Shown here piece after piece: positions 50,343 through 64,000 of a DNA stretch of 64,000 nucleotides. Both the position numbers and the translations under genes were made by a program. Source of the stretch: Tubulanus polymorphus (Eukaryota; Animalia; Nemertea); the NCBI RefSeq assembly GCF_964204645.1, contig NC_134025.1, forward strand, positions 29,492,299 through 29,556,298. Direction: 5' to 3'. The notes below the pieces were generated by a model. That model ran no database searches, was not told where the DNA came from, and worked only from the letters and a program-made list of their open reading frames with translations. Numbering within the stretch: position 1 is the first letter of the stretch; each line of letters opens with the position of its first letter.

Positions 50343-52083
50343 TGCTAAGTTTCAACTACGAGCAATCATCTGGTTTTCAAATCGGTTTATAGATGACCAT
50401 CTTAATTCTCAGAAGTTGATGCATTTAGCCGTATGACGGCCAATATGACGTCATGGACATGGCCTCTATTCATAGGTGAGATAATGAAGGTTGATTCGAA
50501 TTCTTGATAGTCTTGGCTCTTTTAGATATAAGATAAAAAGAGATTCTTCGCGTCGTCAACGAATTTGGACCACACGTCGTGACGTGCTCTCGACGAAGTT
50601 AGAGATTAATCGCCAGGTAAAAAACGCCGGCAGCAAAAACACCCGCTGAAGACAGTTAAAACTCGAGCTACAGAAAATCCCTTCTTAGTCGACATTAGAC
50701 GCTACAGGAAATAGGAAAATACTGGCGTAATCATGAAATCAGACGACAAACGAACAAGGAGATTGGCCGTGCTTGCAGTCATTAGTATCGGGCTAAAATC
50801 ATTGTACAAACAGCTACTTTTGACAATAATCCGGCTTTGCAGGCTGATGTTTGGATCTAAAGCGACGCTGTAAAATAGACGCTCGTGTTGGCAAGCGAGC
50901 AGTACCTGCACCGATAATGGCCAGGATCAACTGTCTGATGTACGGATTTTCTTTTAGCCGTCGTCGACAAGTGCCCAATTAAACGACTCGACGTTTATCT
51001 GCCATTATCGAATTGTAACGTTCTTTGAACTGATAGCGCTGGTGTTTTCGAACGCGATTTCTTCCATTGATTAACGATTTGTTGCTCGAGTAATCCGCGC
51101 ACCGCCTTTGAAGAAAGTCGGCGAATTTTTATCCTAGATACTTACGTAATAGCAGCGAATGATGAACCTTTTAGGCCGTCTTCCTCTCCTCGCTTGCCGG
51201 CCATTATTTAGAATTAGAAAAAAAATGTTGAATATGTTTTAAAGATAATTGATAAGATAATAGTGGACTAAAAAATCTGAATTTAAGAAATGTATCACTG
51301 TTTCGTAACAGCCATCATCAGGTGGAATATGTAACGTCTCAATGACATCGGTCGTTTTTTTAGAGAAATAAAAGTGTCCATTCCGATATAAAAACATCAT
51401 TAATCGAATATGTTTTGATGGATTGATTAACGCGCATTGCGCACGCGTGTACGGAGCCCGCTGCGGTATTCACGGCGTGGTAACCTTTGCGCGGAAGACG
51501 CGAAAGCTTCCAATATCCGTAAGTTTGAAAAGACGCGAATATCACGAGGTCCATCGAATCATCAGAATCGAATCTAATCGTAATACAGAAAGCGAAACGT
51601 AAAGTGAGATTCCCGCGGTTAGTATTGCGACCGCCGCCGGAGGGGATCACATCCGCTATTCACTAACAGAATACTGTCGCTTTTCACTACTTATTTTTAC
51701 CGTACGATATTGAATATCGCTAGATTATTAATAATCTCCAGAAACTAATGGTTAATTCTTGTAACACCCAAGCTGTTCTTTATCGAAATGATATTCGTTA
51801 ATTGTGGAAAGTAGAAATATACGATCATATAAACGGATATGACAGTTTGGCTCCGATAGACGCGACACGAAATTGATGAAAATATGAGAAATTACATTAT
51901 TCGAGCTTTTTTCTGGGGCATTAAGGTCCGCTCACATTTCGTGAATTTCGGGGAGATCGCGCAGAACACGTTCTACAAATCTCGCTTAAGATTTGACTCC
52001 AACGTTTCCAATGTATTGATCGTAAACTAAACCGACAACGCTGGAACGTGGAAACTGTGGAACGTGAGTCCACGTTTAACAAA

Positions 52084-52197
52084 CTGGACTCGGTTCCACA
52101 GTTGTGAGTTAGTAGCTTATATATATACTCTGAGTTATTGAAATCCTAATACAGATCTGTGGAAATTGTGTCCAGGAATCTGTGGAACTGAGTCCAG
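52084..52197. mobile_element. Short inverted-repeat element (TIR CTGGACTCGGTTCCACAG), dispersed family
   Basis: Inverted ends CTGGACTCGGTTCCACAG / CTGTGGAACTGAGTCCAG; related TTCCACAGTT ends occur at ~22560, 37240 and 57580. Confidence 0.5.
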
Positions 52198-52662
52198 GAA
52201 TCTGTGTGAACTGTGTTTTCAGTCTATATATATATATATATGTAACGATATGTTCGATCCAAAATTGAAATGATTTGAACATCTCGATTTCGTTTCATTT
52301 TTGCAGGTGAATTATTTATTATTGAACTGAGCGACAATATAATGATACACGTCTATGTTGAATCAGGTGATGATTATATGTACATACATTGAAACTATTT
52401 TAAACGCTTATTGTAATTACACTGGTTTTATCCGTTAAACTCCGATCATTGTATATATGTATATATGTCGGTCGGTCGGTCGGTCAAGAGTTATTGCCGT
52501 GAATAAAATTATGCTAGCTTAAAAAAACCGTGCATCACGAGTGAAATTAAACTCGACCCACTTTAAGGATATTTTGCGGATATTTTCAACGTTCAGGCAT
52601 CGGGGGGGGGGGGGGGGGTGATTTCTTATAGTCCAGTCATTGTTTCGCATTGATTCAAAAAC

Positions 52663-53025
52663 AGCCGCGTTCAAACTATCGCTAGTTAGTATGTGCTCTA
52701 ATGAACCGACAAATCTAGAAAGGTCCAAATCGATGTTCTGTGCGTCCACAAACGTTTTTAAATCAGCTGAAATCACTGGTAGACATAAACATAACGCTTT
52801 GATTAACAGGGAATAATATCAAGTTTCTAGTCACACAAACAGAAATGGTCCGTCCTGAAATTTAGAACAAATCTGGAATGGTGTTTTGTCTGCCAAAATT
52901 CGAACGGAGTTTTCGCTTGGGTCCGTTCATGTATATACAAGGTTATAGTCCATGGTCCATTCTAAATAGGAATGAACGGACTAACTTTAGATTTTTCTAG
53001 ATAGCGTAGCGTGTGGAACGCGGTT
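52663..53025. mobile_element. MITE-like element, family B
   Basis: AGCCGCGTTCAAACTATCGCTAG ... TAGCGTGTGGAACGCGGTT inverted ends; internal GGTCCGTTC-type motifs shared with the other copies. Confidence 0.55.
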
Positions 53026-56000
53026 GAATGTGTGACCTGCAATGAATAATTAAAACATAACCGCGATTATCTCGGTTTCCTCCTTACGTTAAACGCGGTA
53101 CTTAGCACCGATCTAAAGGGCTTTCTTACCCCCTGTAATACCCTCTTCAACTCGGTAACTTGATATTAGCCGTCGCTTGATGTTTGACACGTCTCGCTGG
53201 TTTCCGACGAACTATTATTACAACAATATACGGCCGATGACGAGGGCCCAAAAATCACCCCTTCAAAACTAACTTTCGACTTATAATAAAAGTCCTCCTA
53301 ACCTCGTTTGATCAAAAGTACGTATTTCAAAAACAAAATGAAAGTATATTTCGAATTTCCATAATATTTGAAATTGCCACATGTAGTGTTTAAAAAAGGC
53401 ATAGAAACATCCGAATTCTGCAGTCGAATTTTCAATTGAGATGATCGGTTTTTTCGGCAGATTGGCGCCAATTTGTAGCTAGAAGAACGATACTCAGACA
53501 TAGAAAATACTCGACATGGTCCCAGTTTTAAAAAGACGAGAGCTCTTTAATTTGAGTGCGATCGTCACCGTGCCGTATCAAGTGCTCAAAATCAAATGAA
53601 AATACCATAAGGTATTATGTCAATTAAATAAACGGTGCATGTTGATACGTGCGCCTCTCCGGTAGCAGCGCAGATGGACCCATCTTTAGATAACGATCGT
53701 AATTTTTTTTTTCTCTATAATATCTTCCGGTCGTGTCAAACGATTCGTTTTATCTATTCATCTATAACTACTTTTAGATTATATATGCACATACTCGAAC
53801 TGTTGGGATGTATCCCTGCTCTTGCCAACGCGACCACCATTTAGTTCATCGATTGTGATTTTAGTTAGAAAACTGAATCACTGGCCTTGGCGGCCGGCCA
53901 TTTTCTCGTTCGATATAAAAAAAAGTTGGCCCAGATTTGAAAAAAAAATGTGAATCTTTTCGAGCTAATGTTTTAGAAACAAAGAACTATTGTTAGTTAA
54001 CGGATAATTTGACGAAGTCCGCAGGTGGCCCGAGATAGTGCTGTTGCACAACAAACCCCGAGGACCTTTTTGCGCCTAATCCGTTGAAGTCAAATCGCAT
54101 TGAATGTATTTTGGAATCTCCGAGCGTGTAACGGTTTAAGCTCCATTTATTTCAGCCGTAAGATGCGATTTTTAGACGGAAAGCGATAAATCCTCGTTTC
54201 CTCTGCAAACTTTGTGGATGTCTTTCATGTCCTGAGGCTGTCAGGTTGATGCCGGAAGTTAAGTAGGCCGGTGGTAAATGCTATGATCTCGGGGGTTACT
54301 TCTCTACCAGTGTTTATCGCCCGAAAGCAAATCGATTAGTCTCTACGAAATCTGCCCACTTGTCCCTTTTGTCAGCGGGCTGTTAATTGGCGGCGAGTGA
54401 TGTTAAAATGTCAAACAAATCCAAGTAAGCCGTAGAAATGCTCACGTAAGCTTTCGGCAGCTAGCGAATCAATGGTAAACGGTTTAAGCCATCAATTAAA
54501 ACAGTAAGCGCCGAGAGAGCGTGTTCGGCTGCTGGTTCTGACGTTAGTCGATCATCTTTAATCGACTCACAGACGATGGTAAAACGTTACTTAACAGATT
54601 TGGAATAACTTTGTACATTAAGGTCGGAGAGGATTACACAACGCCGAAAAGACAAAGTCAGCTTTTCCTGCTTCGATTAGTTGTTGCAACTCAATTACTG
54701 AACGCTTATCCACCAGCTCTTTTCATCACTTCATCATCGCCAACCTTTTAAAATAGAAAAAAAAACTACATCCACTCGATTCATCAATGTGTACATGTGT
54801 ATATATATATATAGTTTTAAGTATTGTTTTGATGTCGTTTTACCGTTTCTTATTCTAGGAATCAAGAAATGGAGATCGACAAAAGTGAAGATATAAAGAA
54901 AGACGAGAAAACTTGAAAGGCATTTTTGATGTATTGTGATAATGTATTCAGTTGTTTACGCGTTTAACTTAATTGTTTCCATTCAATAAACTTCGTACGA
55001 ATTTGAATATCAATATTAATTTGAAATCGATTACACTTTTTGTTCATTATTTTCCGCGGTATTCTAAAGTAACCATTATAACGTCGTTACCTGTATTTTC
55101 CCCTATATCTCGAGCGTCAAGTGGGTGAATTGTCTCACTATTACGTAGCAAAATAAACAACAACTTTCTTCTAAGCTGCTAAGCTTTTTCACGCTTATCC
55201 GCATTACTTTGTGTCTAGCGAATCCATTATTTCAAAATCCGTTCTATTCTATAAACTAGGGCTAATTGATTTTGCCAGTGGTTGTTTTCGGAGGGCTTAA
55301 GAGCTTTTCGTGGAGGATTTTCACCGCTGACAAAAGCGAGGACCTCGGCGATCCCCTCGTACAAGAATTATGCATTCCGGCTGCCTAAAATCTGTCATTT
55401 GTAAACTTCCGATAATCTATTGTTTGGACCCACCTCTGATGATGTGGGTCATTCTGTTGTTAATCTCCTTAAAATGTTTACGGACACGGAGGATGGATAA
55501 AGCGAATTGAACTGGCTTTTCAGTTGAATGGATGAATGTGCCCCTTTCCCTCTTTCTCGTAATTCATAATGACCGCCTTTCTGATATAGGCAAAGATTTA
55601 TTGAGGAAAATCCAAAACCAGATTGAATCGTATAATTTGAGTTGAATAGCAACTTATTTACATGTAATTGCCGCAAATAATATTCTAACCATTAATAGCT
55701 CTTTTCCCCGTGACGAATACAGACATTAACTCTTGCAAATATTGCGTGAAATATTGCATGAAGTGAAATCGCATATTTTTACGCGTCAAATCGAGATAAG
55801 AGTTGATGATGACAGCAGCGACGGAGAATGCGTGAATAACGACATGGGCGGGACTAACGGCCAATTGATCTGTCGCTCAGCCTATCAAGCCTACGGCTCT
55901 CGGAATAAACCTGCCTTTGAACTCGGTAATAAGAGGCTTAGCTCCTAACTTAAAACGCAAACACGGTTTATATGCGCACCTAATGGGACGGGCTTTGCTT

Positions 56001-56246
56001 AAATTCATTAATACGGCTATGAGTTAAACAGCTTACACTGACAACCATCATATTTTAACAGTCGGTTGACGTCAACGCAAGTCATTCGTGTCAACCATCC
56101 TGCGTCGAAAACTTCATTTCAACTGATTCGTCATTAGCTCGAAAAACTATCAGGATTTTACGACGATTTTCGACTTCAACGAAGTTGACATCGCATTTTT
56201 TCGCGCGCTGTTCGTCGATAAGCCGGACTTTCAAAAGCAGTAAAAC

Positions 56247-59200
56247 ATGCAGCATTTACCGTACTATTTCCCGACTGCGGAGCAGTTGAAATCAGCTAGT
56301 CTTCTATCTGGACATGGACGATCTTTATTCACGATTGACAGTATACTAGCCCCTCGGCCAATTCATTACCAGAGACCAACACCTTACTTACCGTATGCAG
56401 CTTTCCCCAGTCACGCAGCTCATCCTGACTTTTTAGGTAAGTCGTGAATTATTCATTTATGCGGTTTATCGTGTGACTGGAGGCGTTTATAGTTACGGGT
56501 GCAATTTATAGGTTATAGGGAGAATATGATAGTAGAATTTCAGTATTTTACGATCATGGTGTCCAGACCCTGCAGATTTAATAGCTAATATCAATTTTTG
56601 ACGTGTTGTATACAGTTCTAAATAGTCAAAAACTTTCATGTTCACGATGAGAGGTATCTTGAATTGTAAACGGTTTGTTACTTGTAATACTTAAGTCAGC
56701 TATTTCAGAAAGGATCGTGATTTAAGCCTGAATACATGAGTATAAAAGACAAACTGTTGTTTACATTTTTCCTAATTCATTCGACATTTGAGGACTCCTC
56801 GAACATTAATCATGGTCGATTTATTTATTACGTAGGAATTGAAACAATGTTGATGTTTATGTAACAGATTGGTTAAAACAGAAAACTCAAGCTTTCGATA
56901 TAGAGAATGAATGAAATATTTTGCTTCATCCAATGATACTAGAATCAATTTGGGCGAGCTAATCACCAACTTCGGATGAACATTTTCAAGAAAGCGTGCA
57001 GTTATGTATGAACTTGCTAATGGCAAATTATTTTTACTCGATTAGCTACGAACTACACACACTAATAACCATTCGATGGAAATATTGTATTCTGAAAGGA
57101 AGCCATAAATATGACGTATTCATCCGATGTATTCCAAGGTTTAAATCTTATGAACTTCAGATCAGTTTATCGCGTTTCTTATCTCCGTTTTATTATACAT
57201 TTTCAAAAATTATGTAATCATTATCAACACGCAAATATATCAGAGTTTTAATCCGTCCGCCAGCTTAAGACGACATATGTTTGATATGTTTGATCGTGGC
57301 TTCAATTGATGAAATTAAAATAAGCAATTTGAGTAAACAAGAGGCCATCTTAGATCTAAATCACGGATGAAATATGTTATGCTTCATCTTATGAAATATC
57401 AGGAACTTGGGAAAGAATATCTATGAATATATCAACACGAAATAGAATTTTCAGTTTGCCTTGTTATTAGTAATGTTTTGAGCCTAAAGAATTAGGAATG
57501 CTTCAGAATGGAGTTGAGTAAATTAAGTGTTAACTCACTGAAACTGAATTAATTTAACTAAGAGTTTATTCTAACTCAGAACTGTGGAACTGGACTTTAT
57601 CTAGTTTTAGTCTGTAGCAGGCGAATTGTCAATAGTTATGAATCTGTCCACATCCAAAAAGCCCTAGTATATCGCCTTGATTGAGTTTATATTTTGGCAA
57701 CAGGTTTTGCCCAAGTGTGAATTAGACACTAAAGCCCTGTATTGTTTTAATTTGTCTTTCAACCAGCAGTAATTTTACATTGCAAGTGATCTGTTGCGAT
57801 TAGATTTACGATCAGGGGTGACGCGGTTATGGGGCAGACACGCTAAATATCCCTTAATCAGACTTGTTTACCTTTTTAATTCCAAACCTCCACACCCTAA
57901 ACCTCCCAAATATGTCTAACCTTCCATTTTGTAAAGATATATGATATACATGTATATGTATTAAATATGATATATTAAACAGGGCATATTGGCGGTAAAT
58001 GCTCGGCTCTATCCCTGGTAGTTAATATGATAACTAGTTGAGAACAGATGGTTAAATACGGACAAGTACTTTTCATTCGTAATTTATATTACTAAATCAT
58101 ATATACATGCATGATATATGTGTATAGGTTAATACTCATAATGACCACTAAATCCTTAGTGATTAACTTCAAAATTCACTTTTGATTCACATTAATCTAC
58201 ATTAATACATGAAATCCTATAATGCGAAATAGCTGATTTATGGGCAGTGTAGCGTTGAGGATTATTCACGAATCTGTATAGGGTGAGGATTAATTGTCGA
58301 ATGGAACCAAATTCGTGTTTTATTGCTGACTTAGGATTAAAATACAATAGTAGGCTAACGAAATCCGGTATCCCTTCACCACCCGGTACCACTACTGTTA
58401 ACTCAATGTCCACTCATCCCAGCCGTTAAGTGAACAACGACATGTCTGGAAAAAAGACATCAATATTAGTCGGCAATTGAAATTAGAACTCGATAGAACA
58501 AAGCCCGATCAAATTCTATGTCTGTTTGTATTTTGAAAAATGTCCATATGCCACATGTATGACTGGTTCGGATCATATTAAACTCATTTATCACCGAGGA
58601 TAAACATTTTCACATTAAAATTGATGAACAAATCATTGACGTATTTCATTTTCTCCATTTCATCGGAAAAAAAGAAGAAAAATGACCGACAACAAAAGCA
58701 ACGCGAAAAATTAGGGCAAGCAGGTGTAGCAATTCTTTATTTGTCGCAAGTTTTACAATACAAAATTCTAAGTAGCCCAATATTTACATAATTTGCTATA
58801 TATTTGACATAAAGGACCCTAAGATTTGAATGGAGGCAATGCGCATTTCTGCGGCTCTTGGTGAAAGGTCACCGTAGAGTATCGAACAACGATCGAACGA
58901 TCAAAACTATAACGACCAAACGAAAAGACCTGGTTCCGGTGATACAATCCTACAGCACGGACTGGTTCCGGTGCTACAACCTCCAAATGACTCTCCGCTT
59001 AAAACGATACTTTGATTAAGGACGCATTAAGTTTCAACGCAAATAACATTTACTTTTCAGGGATTTCGATACATTCAATCTTGAATTCTTATTCACAAAT
59101 TGATGATATATTCAGGGGTCAGTTTCAAAAAGCAAAATTCAGATTCAACGAATGCTAATAAGAAAACCTTTTCATGCTAATGACCAAATAAATGAAATTA

Positions 59201-61252
59201 GCCTCCTAAAATTGGACCAAAGTAGACGAATTCGCTTCGAGCGAGATTATTTAAGTCGTAAGAAATTAGTATCGAGCTGTAGAAGTTATTTGTTAAATTC
59301 AATGTGTAATAATCTGAGGTGGGATTTGTAATTTACACGTACATACGCTAAACCGTTAATCACAGACGAAACCCATTAAACTAATCCAAAACCGTGTCTC
59401 GGATTAAGAAGGATTATCGTTTAATCCCTTTACTTAGCCTTATGCGTGAAGAGCGAATTAAAGTAAGGGTAAACAACATCTATAAGACGTGTTGTTGTGG
59501 GTTTTCTTCACTAAACCGTGACGCATTAAACTCGACACCAATCAACAATAATAATACAGTTATTTGATCGGTTGTGAGCAGACGATCCTGATTCCTTTCA
59601 ACTTACGATTGATGTTAAGTCTGGGAGTTTTAGAGGACCCTGTGGTGTCGGTTTGTTTTACATCTATAATATGATGTGGGCGCCCATCTGATAGATACAT
59701 TTGCCTCGGTTTATTCAGTAAAATGCAATCTATTATCATGTATTCATTGCTCATTACATCCAGCTTTACTTTCTCTCTTTCTCTCTCTCCTGACGACACG
59801 AAGCTGTTAAATGACTCTCAATCCTCCGAAGTACCCACTATAAATTCAACGGTTGCATTTTTATGTCGTTTCAGCTGCCTATCATCCATTTTCAAGTTTC
59901 ATGTCCCCAGATCTAATGAGAGCTGGACAAAAAAGAAAACGTAGACATAGAACTATTTTCACTGAAGAGCAACTAGAAGAATTGGAAGCAACGTTTCAAA
60001 AAACGCATTACCCCGACGTATTACTACGCGAGGAACTGGCAATGAAAGTAGATCTGAAGGAAGAACGAGTTGAGGTCAGTATAAAAAAGTACTATCGTAG
60101 TTCTCATAGAAAAAATATCGATATCACTCGAAAGTTCATTAAAGTAGGGAACCTCGTTGACTAACGTTTAGCCAAATCGTTGTATGTGTAGTGGTTGCTA
60201 TGTTTTTGGTAGCTATTCTGGAGAGGTTGATAAGTTTATTCACAACTCTCTCATCCAACATGCGCCGGATATGAAACTTTCTCATGAAGTGGTCAATAAC
60301 AGTTGACACAAGGACATCTGTTAATCTATCAAAACTGCTCATTTTCTGCCGAATTTATTTGTTAATTTTCGCTATTGAAAATGAATGGCTCGGTGTAGTC
60401 GTGTGTCCCGTATGTCTGTACGAGTGTTTACACACAGTCTTCATTGAGACTTTCAGCACTTGGATCCGAAACAAATCCACTTCATCTCCTGTCGAACGAA
60501 AGTCAACTTGGCTTTGTGCTCTTTTAGTGGTTATTTCTCTATCAAAGTATGAAAACGTTACTTTTTTTCAAGAATTTCAAAACAATGAAACAATGAAAAG
60601 TTATTGCGACAAAGAATAATCGGCAAAACCTCGAAAAGAAGAGTTGTCTTTCAGATTCACACACATTATCAGTATGCGTGTAGCTAATGTTAAGAACAAA
60701 ATTTCAAAATATAATGATTAATTCGACTCACTGCATAAATGCATTAGTTCTGAAGCATTTTTACAGTTACCTGACGCTCATATCTTTAATGTATTCGCGT
60801 ACTTAATCTTAATTCTCAAGTATTTCAATTTCCAGGTTTGGTTCAAGAATCGACGAGCGAAATGGAGAAAAGTAAAACGTGAACAGGAGGCGACTAAAAT
60901 ACGAGGCCCAGAATCGGCTGGTCCATCGTCGAGTAGCGCTACCGGAAATACGTCATCAAAACCGGAACACACGATAGCATCGGCCAGCGAAATAAACGGC
61001 GCGAATAATCGAAAATCGCCGCAAACCAATTCCGCGGATTTAAACGTATCGGCATCGGACATTTCAGATCAAGAGTCAGATTTCGAAGACCACGATTCGA
61101 CGGCGGAACGACATCGAGAAAAATATCTGCGAGTCGATTCGCCTCCGAATACAGCGGTAAATCTCTGCGCGAACAATAGATCGACAAATATCACATCATC
61201 GTCTGAGAAACAACATTCACGAGACGAGCAACAGAGACCAGAGAAACGATGA
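56247..61252 (+). CDS. gsc: Goosecoid homeobox protein (exons 56247-56436, 59875-60074, 60836-61252)
   Basis: eh1 motif FTIDSIL in exon 1; homeodomain [48 protein letters not shown]|[12 protein letters not shown] with K50 and the PRD-class intron between residues 46 and 47. Confidence 0.97.
59382..59427. promoter_or_regulatory. Cluster of four K50-homeodomain (TAATCC/GGATTA) sites in gsc intron 1
   Basis: TAATCC 59382, GGATTA 59401, GGATTA 59411, TAATCC 59422. Confidence 0.6.
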
Positions 61253-64000
61253 GAATCTCAAAACTTCTGTCCAGTTCAATAAGTATAAACAATTAGCTGC
61301 GTTCACACCAAGTTATCTAGATCGTTCTAAAAAATATTCATTTTAAAACGGACCAATTCAGATGCAGGACTATTTTTCTAGTGCGAATAGAAAATTTGCT
61401 TCAATTGCGATGGCAATCACAGTAGTGTCTGAACAAGTGATAACAACAACTGTTTTGAAAACGTTTGTGAACGCACAGATCATTGATTTGGTCCGTTCTA
61501 AGGTGGTCCGTTCCAGGTAGGGGCCAAGTTATAACGGACTGCGATAGTTTATATGCGGACAATATCATTAGTGCATTTTAATACGGTGTTCATCGGACAA
61601 AGTACAGAGTACATGTTATTCTCCTAATCCCAGTCAAATGTAAATGCGTTTCAGATATCGAGTGCAGGACAGAAAATGAGTTTTTGAAGCTGCTAATTCT
61701 AAGAAAGTCATATTTGGAATTTTGTGCGAGATGTACTGTAACTTTGTTCGAATATGAACAGTCTCTGGTAGGAATATAATTCCTGAGTTGAATGTATATA
61801 TAATGAATATGTTAATAATTCTGTGCTTCGACCATTAAAATAAAAGGAAGCACGTTAATCTGTTGGCCAAAATGAACTATTTAATTATTACATAAACTTT
61901 AATAATTTTATCAATCGCCGTAAAAAAATGTAAATAATGTATCATTTAAAAATCATAAGTATCGACATGAAATAAATCGTATTCAATATTCAACCATTCG
62001 TTCATTTCATGGTTTCAACACGAAATTATATCGTATGATGAAATGTAATCTTTCCTATTGGCGACAATAGTTAGTTCAGCTTTTTTTAACACGGAAATTG
62101 TGTTCTATTACTGCTCACACGCTAAACGGCGGTAGTCCTAGCAAATTGAAATCAACCGAAATACTTGAAAATACGAAGTGTAAAACAAACGTTTGTTCAG
62201 TTGGGAATTTGACCGATTCGCGAACAGGTGGCTCGAGATTAACATTCGGTCTTTCTCTCTACATCGATATACATATTATACATGAACAATTGTTTCAATT
62301 TATACAGAGCACGAATTTATCAAATTTAGTGTAAGCGTTTTAGTATAAGCATAATCCACATACAGACTGATGCACTTTTTTAGAATTTCAATGCCGTACG
62401 AATATTAGTGGATATTTCATACCATTACGATATGACACACTTTAGCTGTGGCCAGAATGGTCTCAATCTTTAGACTGGTCTTGAACTTATGGATGATCAA
62501 TATATTGACCTGGCCCCCTGCAGGGTTACATATCGCATATTTGCTACTGTTTCAGGAATACTTCTGTCAGGAAATACGTGACGTCACACACGTCTGATGT
62601 CCCCGCATGCTTTTGCGAGGTATAAAACTTAATGTATAGAAGACCTTATCTGAAAATAAAATTCACAGATTAAAAAGACGACACATCAGATTGGCCGCCA
62701 AGCGCAGCTGGGAGCAAAGTCACAGTGTTGACTGTCATTTTGAGGTCCAGTTTGACGCCTGTGAACCAAAATGTCCGACGTTCGCTATAACCTCTACTGT
62801 AACTGGTACAAATCGTCATAAAAGGGTCGGTAGGCCTATACCGGGTAATTGAACATTGCGAATGTAGGAAATCTAAAAGTACAGAACGATCAGAATCTGC
62901 ACCGATATGAAACACGATCTTCAGAATGATTTACGCGTTCTCTCTTACTGGTGTTTAGTATACTTTTTGTTATGCGGTTAATTACGTAGATACTTAAAAC
63001 AAACTGTTATCCGTTAGAAGCTGTATGAAATATTAATAACTGGCTCTAGAGCGTGTCTATCACAGTTATTAGATGAGAGTTGATGGTACTCTGAAGTGTA
63101 TCTGTGTTGCCACTTATCCCTCGCATCTGATGAATATTTGGCTCTTTTCGTCGCGGAAGATGCGCCAAATTTATCAAATTTTCCGCTTAAACATAACCGT
63201 AATCTAAGATGATACGGGTTTAGTTACGAATCCAGTGTCGTTGAATCTGGGAACGACGGAAGCATAACGCATCTGTCGAGACAGATTGGGTGGATATATC
63301 TCAGGCAGCAGATTTTGCAGAAACAAGGTTATAATACTCGACTAGATGTTCGGTGTTAGTCGCCAATTGTAGTTGGATCTGAATGGATATTAATCACGCG
63401 TTTTGTGAGGAATTTGATCTCGGAGATTAGCTGTATTAGGCTTGTATTTTCTTCAACAACCCGCCAATGAGGGGGGGCACTGGCAGAAAAGACCGGGTAT
63501 CGATGAACGGTTGAAGTTTCAGACGATATAGTGAGTACTGTCGAATATAAAACCACTCAAGTAGGCTGCAATAGAACCACGAGAGACGACAGAACACTGA
63601 TATTAACAGATGATAAAGAGTTGAGATGCATGTGAATAGTTGGTGAATAAGGTTCGGTTTCACTCCCCTGGTTTAGCTGGATGAACGCGGCCATGTTTTT
63701 TCTTTTCCGAAAACACCGCAAAAGCACTTCGGTAATCGAATGCCACATCGGTATCCTAACCACTAGACCAAATATAAGAGCACTTATAAAATTTATTGAC
63801 AAAATATTCTATAAATTTGCTATTTGCCTCTGTATAAACATAGCTAAATTACAATAGCTCTTTTAGAATGTCCTTCAACCATTTTTAGAGCAGGAAAATA
63901 GGGGCCACTGCGCGCGAGCTGTCCACGACTCTCTGCGACGTGAACCATATGCAAAAAATCTGAAAAGAACCATAATCGTATGATAGACATCGCAATGAAA

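Noticed and set aside
63356-63960. Several short minus-strand ORFs at the window end
   Set aside because: No coherent frame, domain or spliced model could be built; possibly the UTR or last exon of a gene outside the window.

Overview
AT-rich, intron-dense animal genomic DNA; a spiralian/lophotrochozoan invertebrate is inferred from gene content, and the species cannot be determined. Hand-splicing gives nine genes. (1) A six-exon BRICHOS-domain type II membrane protein (156-2093, +) that is largely invisible in the ORF track. (2) A ~19.5 kb gene (22004->2553, -) for a secreted protein with 12 von Willebrand A domains, none with a canonical DxSxS MIDAS, plus many two-cysteine micro-exons, two blocks of Pro/Lys/Thr tandem repeats carrying one Cys per unit, and a His/Pro-rich tail; it is a candidate adhesive, mucus, tube or matrix protein and the most novel feature here. 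(3) A PhyH-family Fe(II)/2-oxoglutarate dioxygenase (-). (4) An intronless, divergent rhodopsin-class GPCR. (5) GDPGP1. (6) BABAM2/BRE, head-to-head with (7) TMEM62 copy A. (8) TMEM62 copy B, a tandem duplicate preceded by a decayed copy of BABAM2 exon 1 and a 5'-truncated LINE. (9) goosecoid, with a long non-coding upstream region and intronic clusters of K50 homeodomain sites. Several MITE families, minisatellites and a 75-bp palindrome are also present. Exon coordinates were read by eye and may be off by a few bases. Family assignments come from motif recognition, not database searches.
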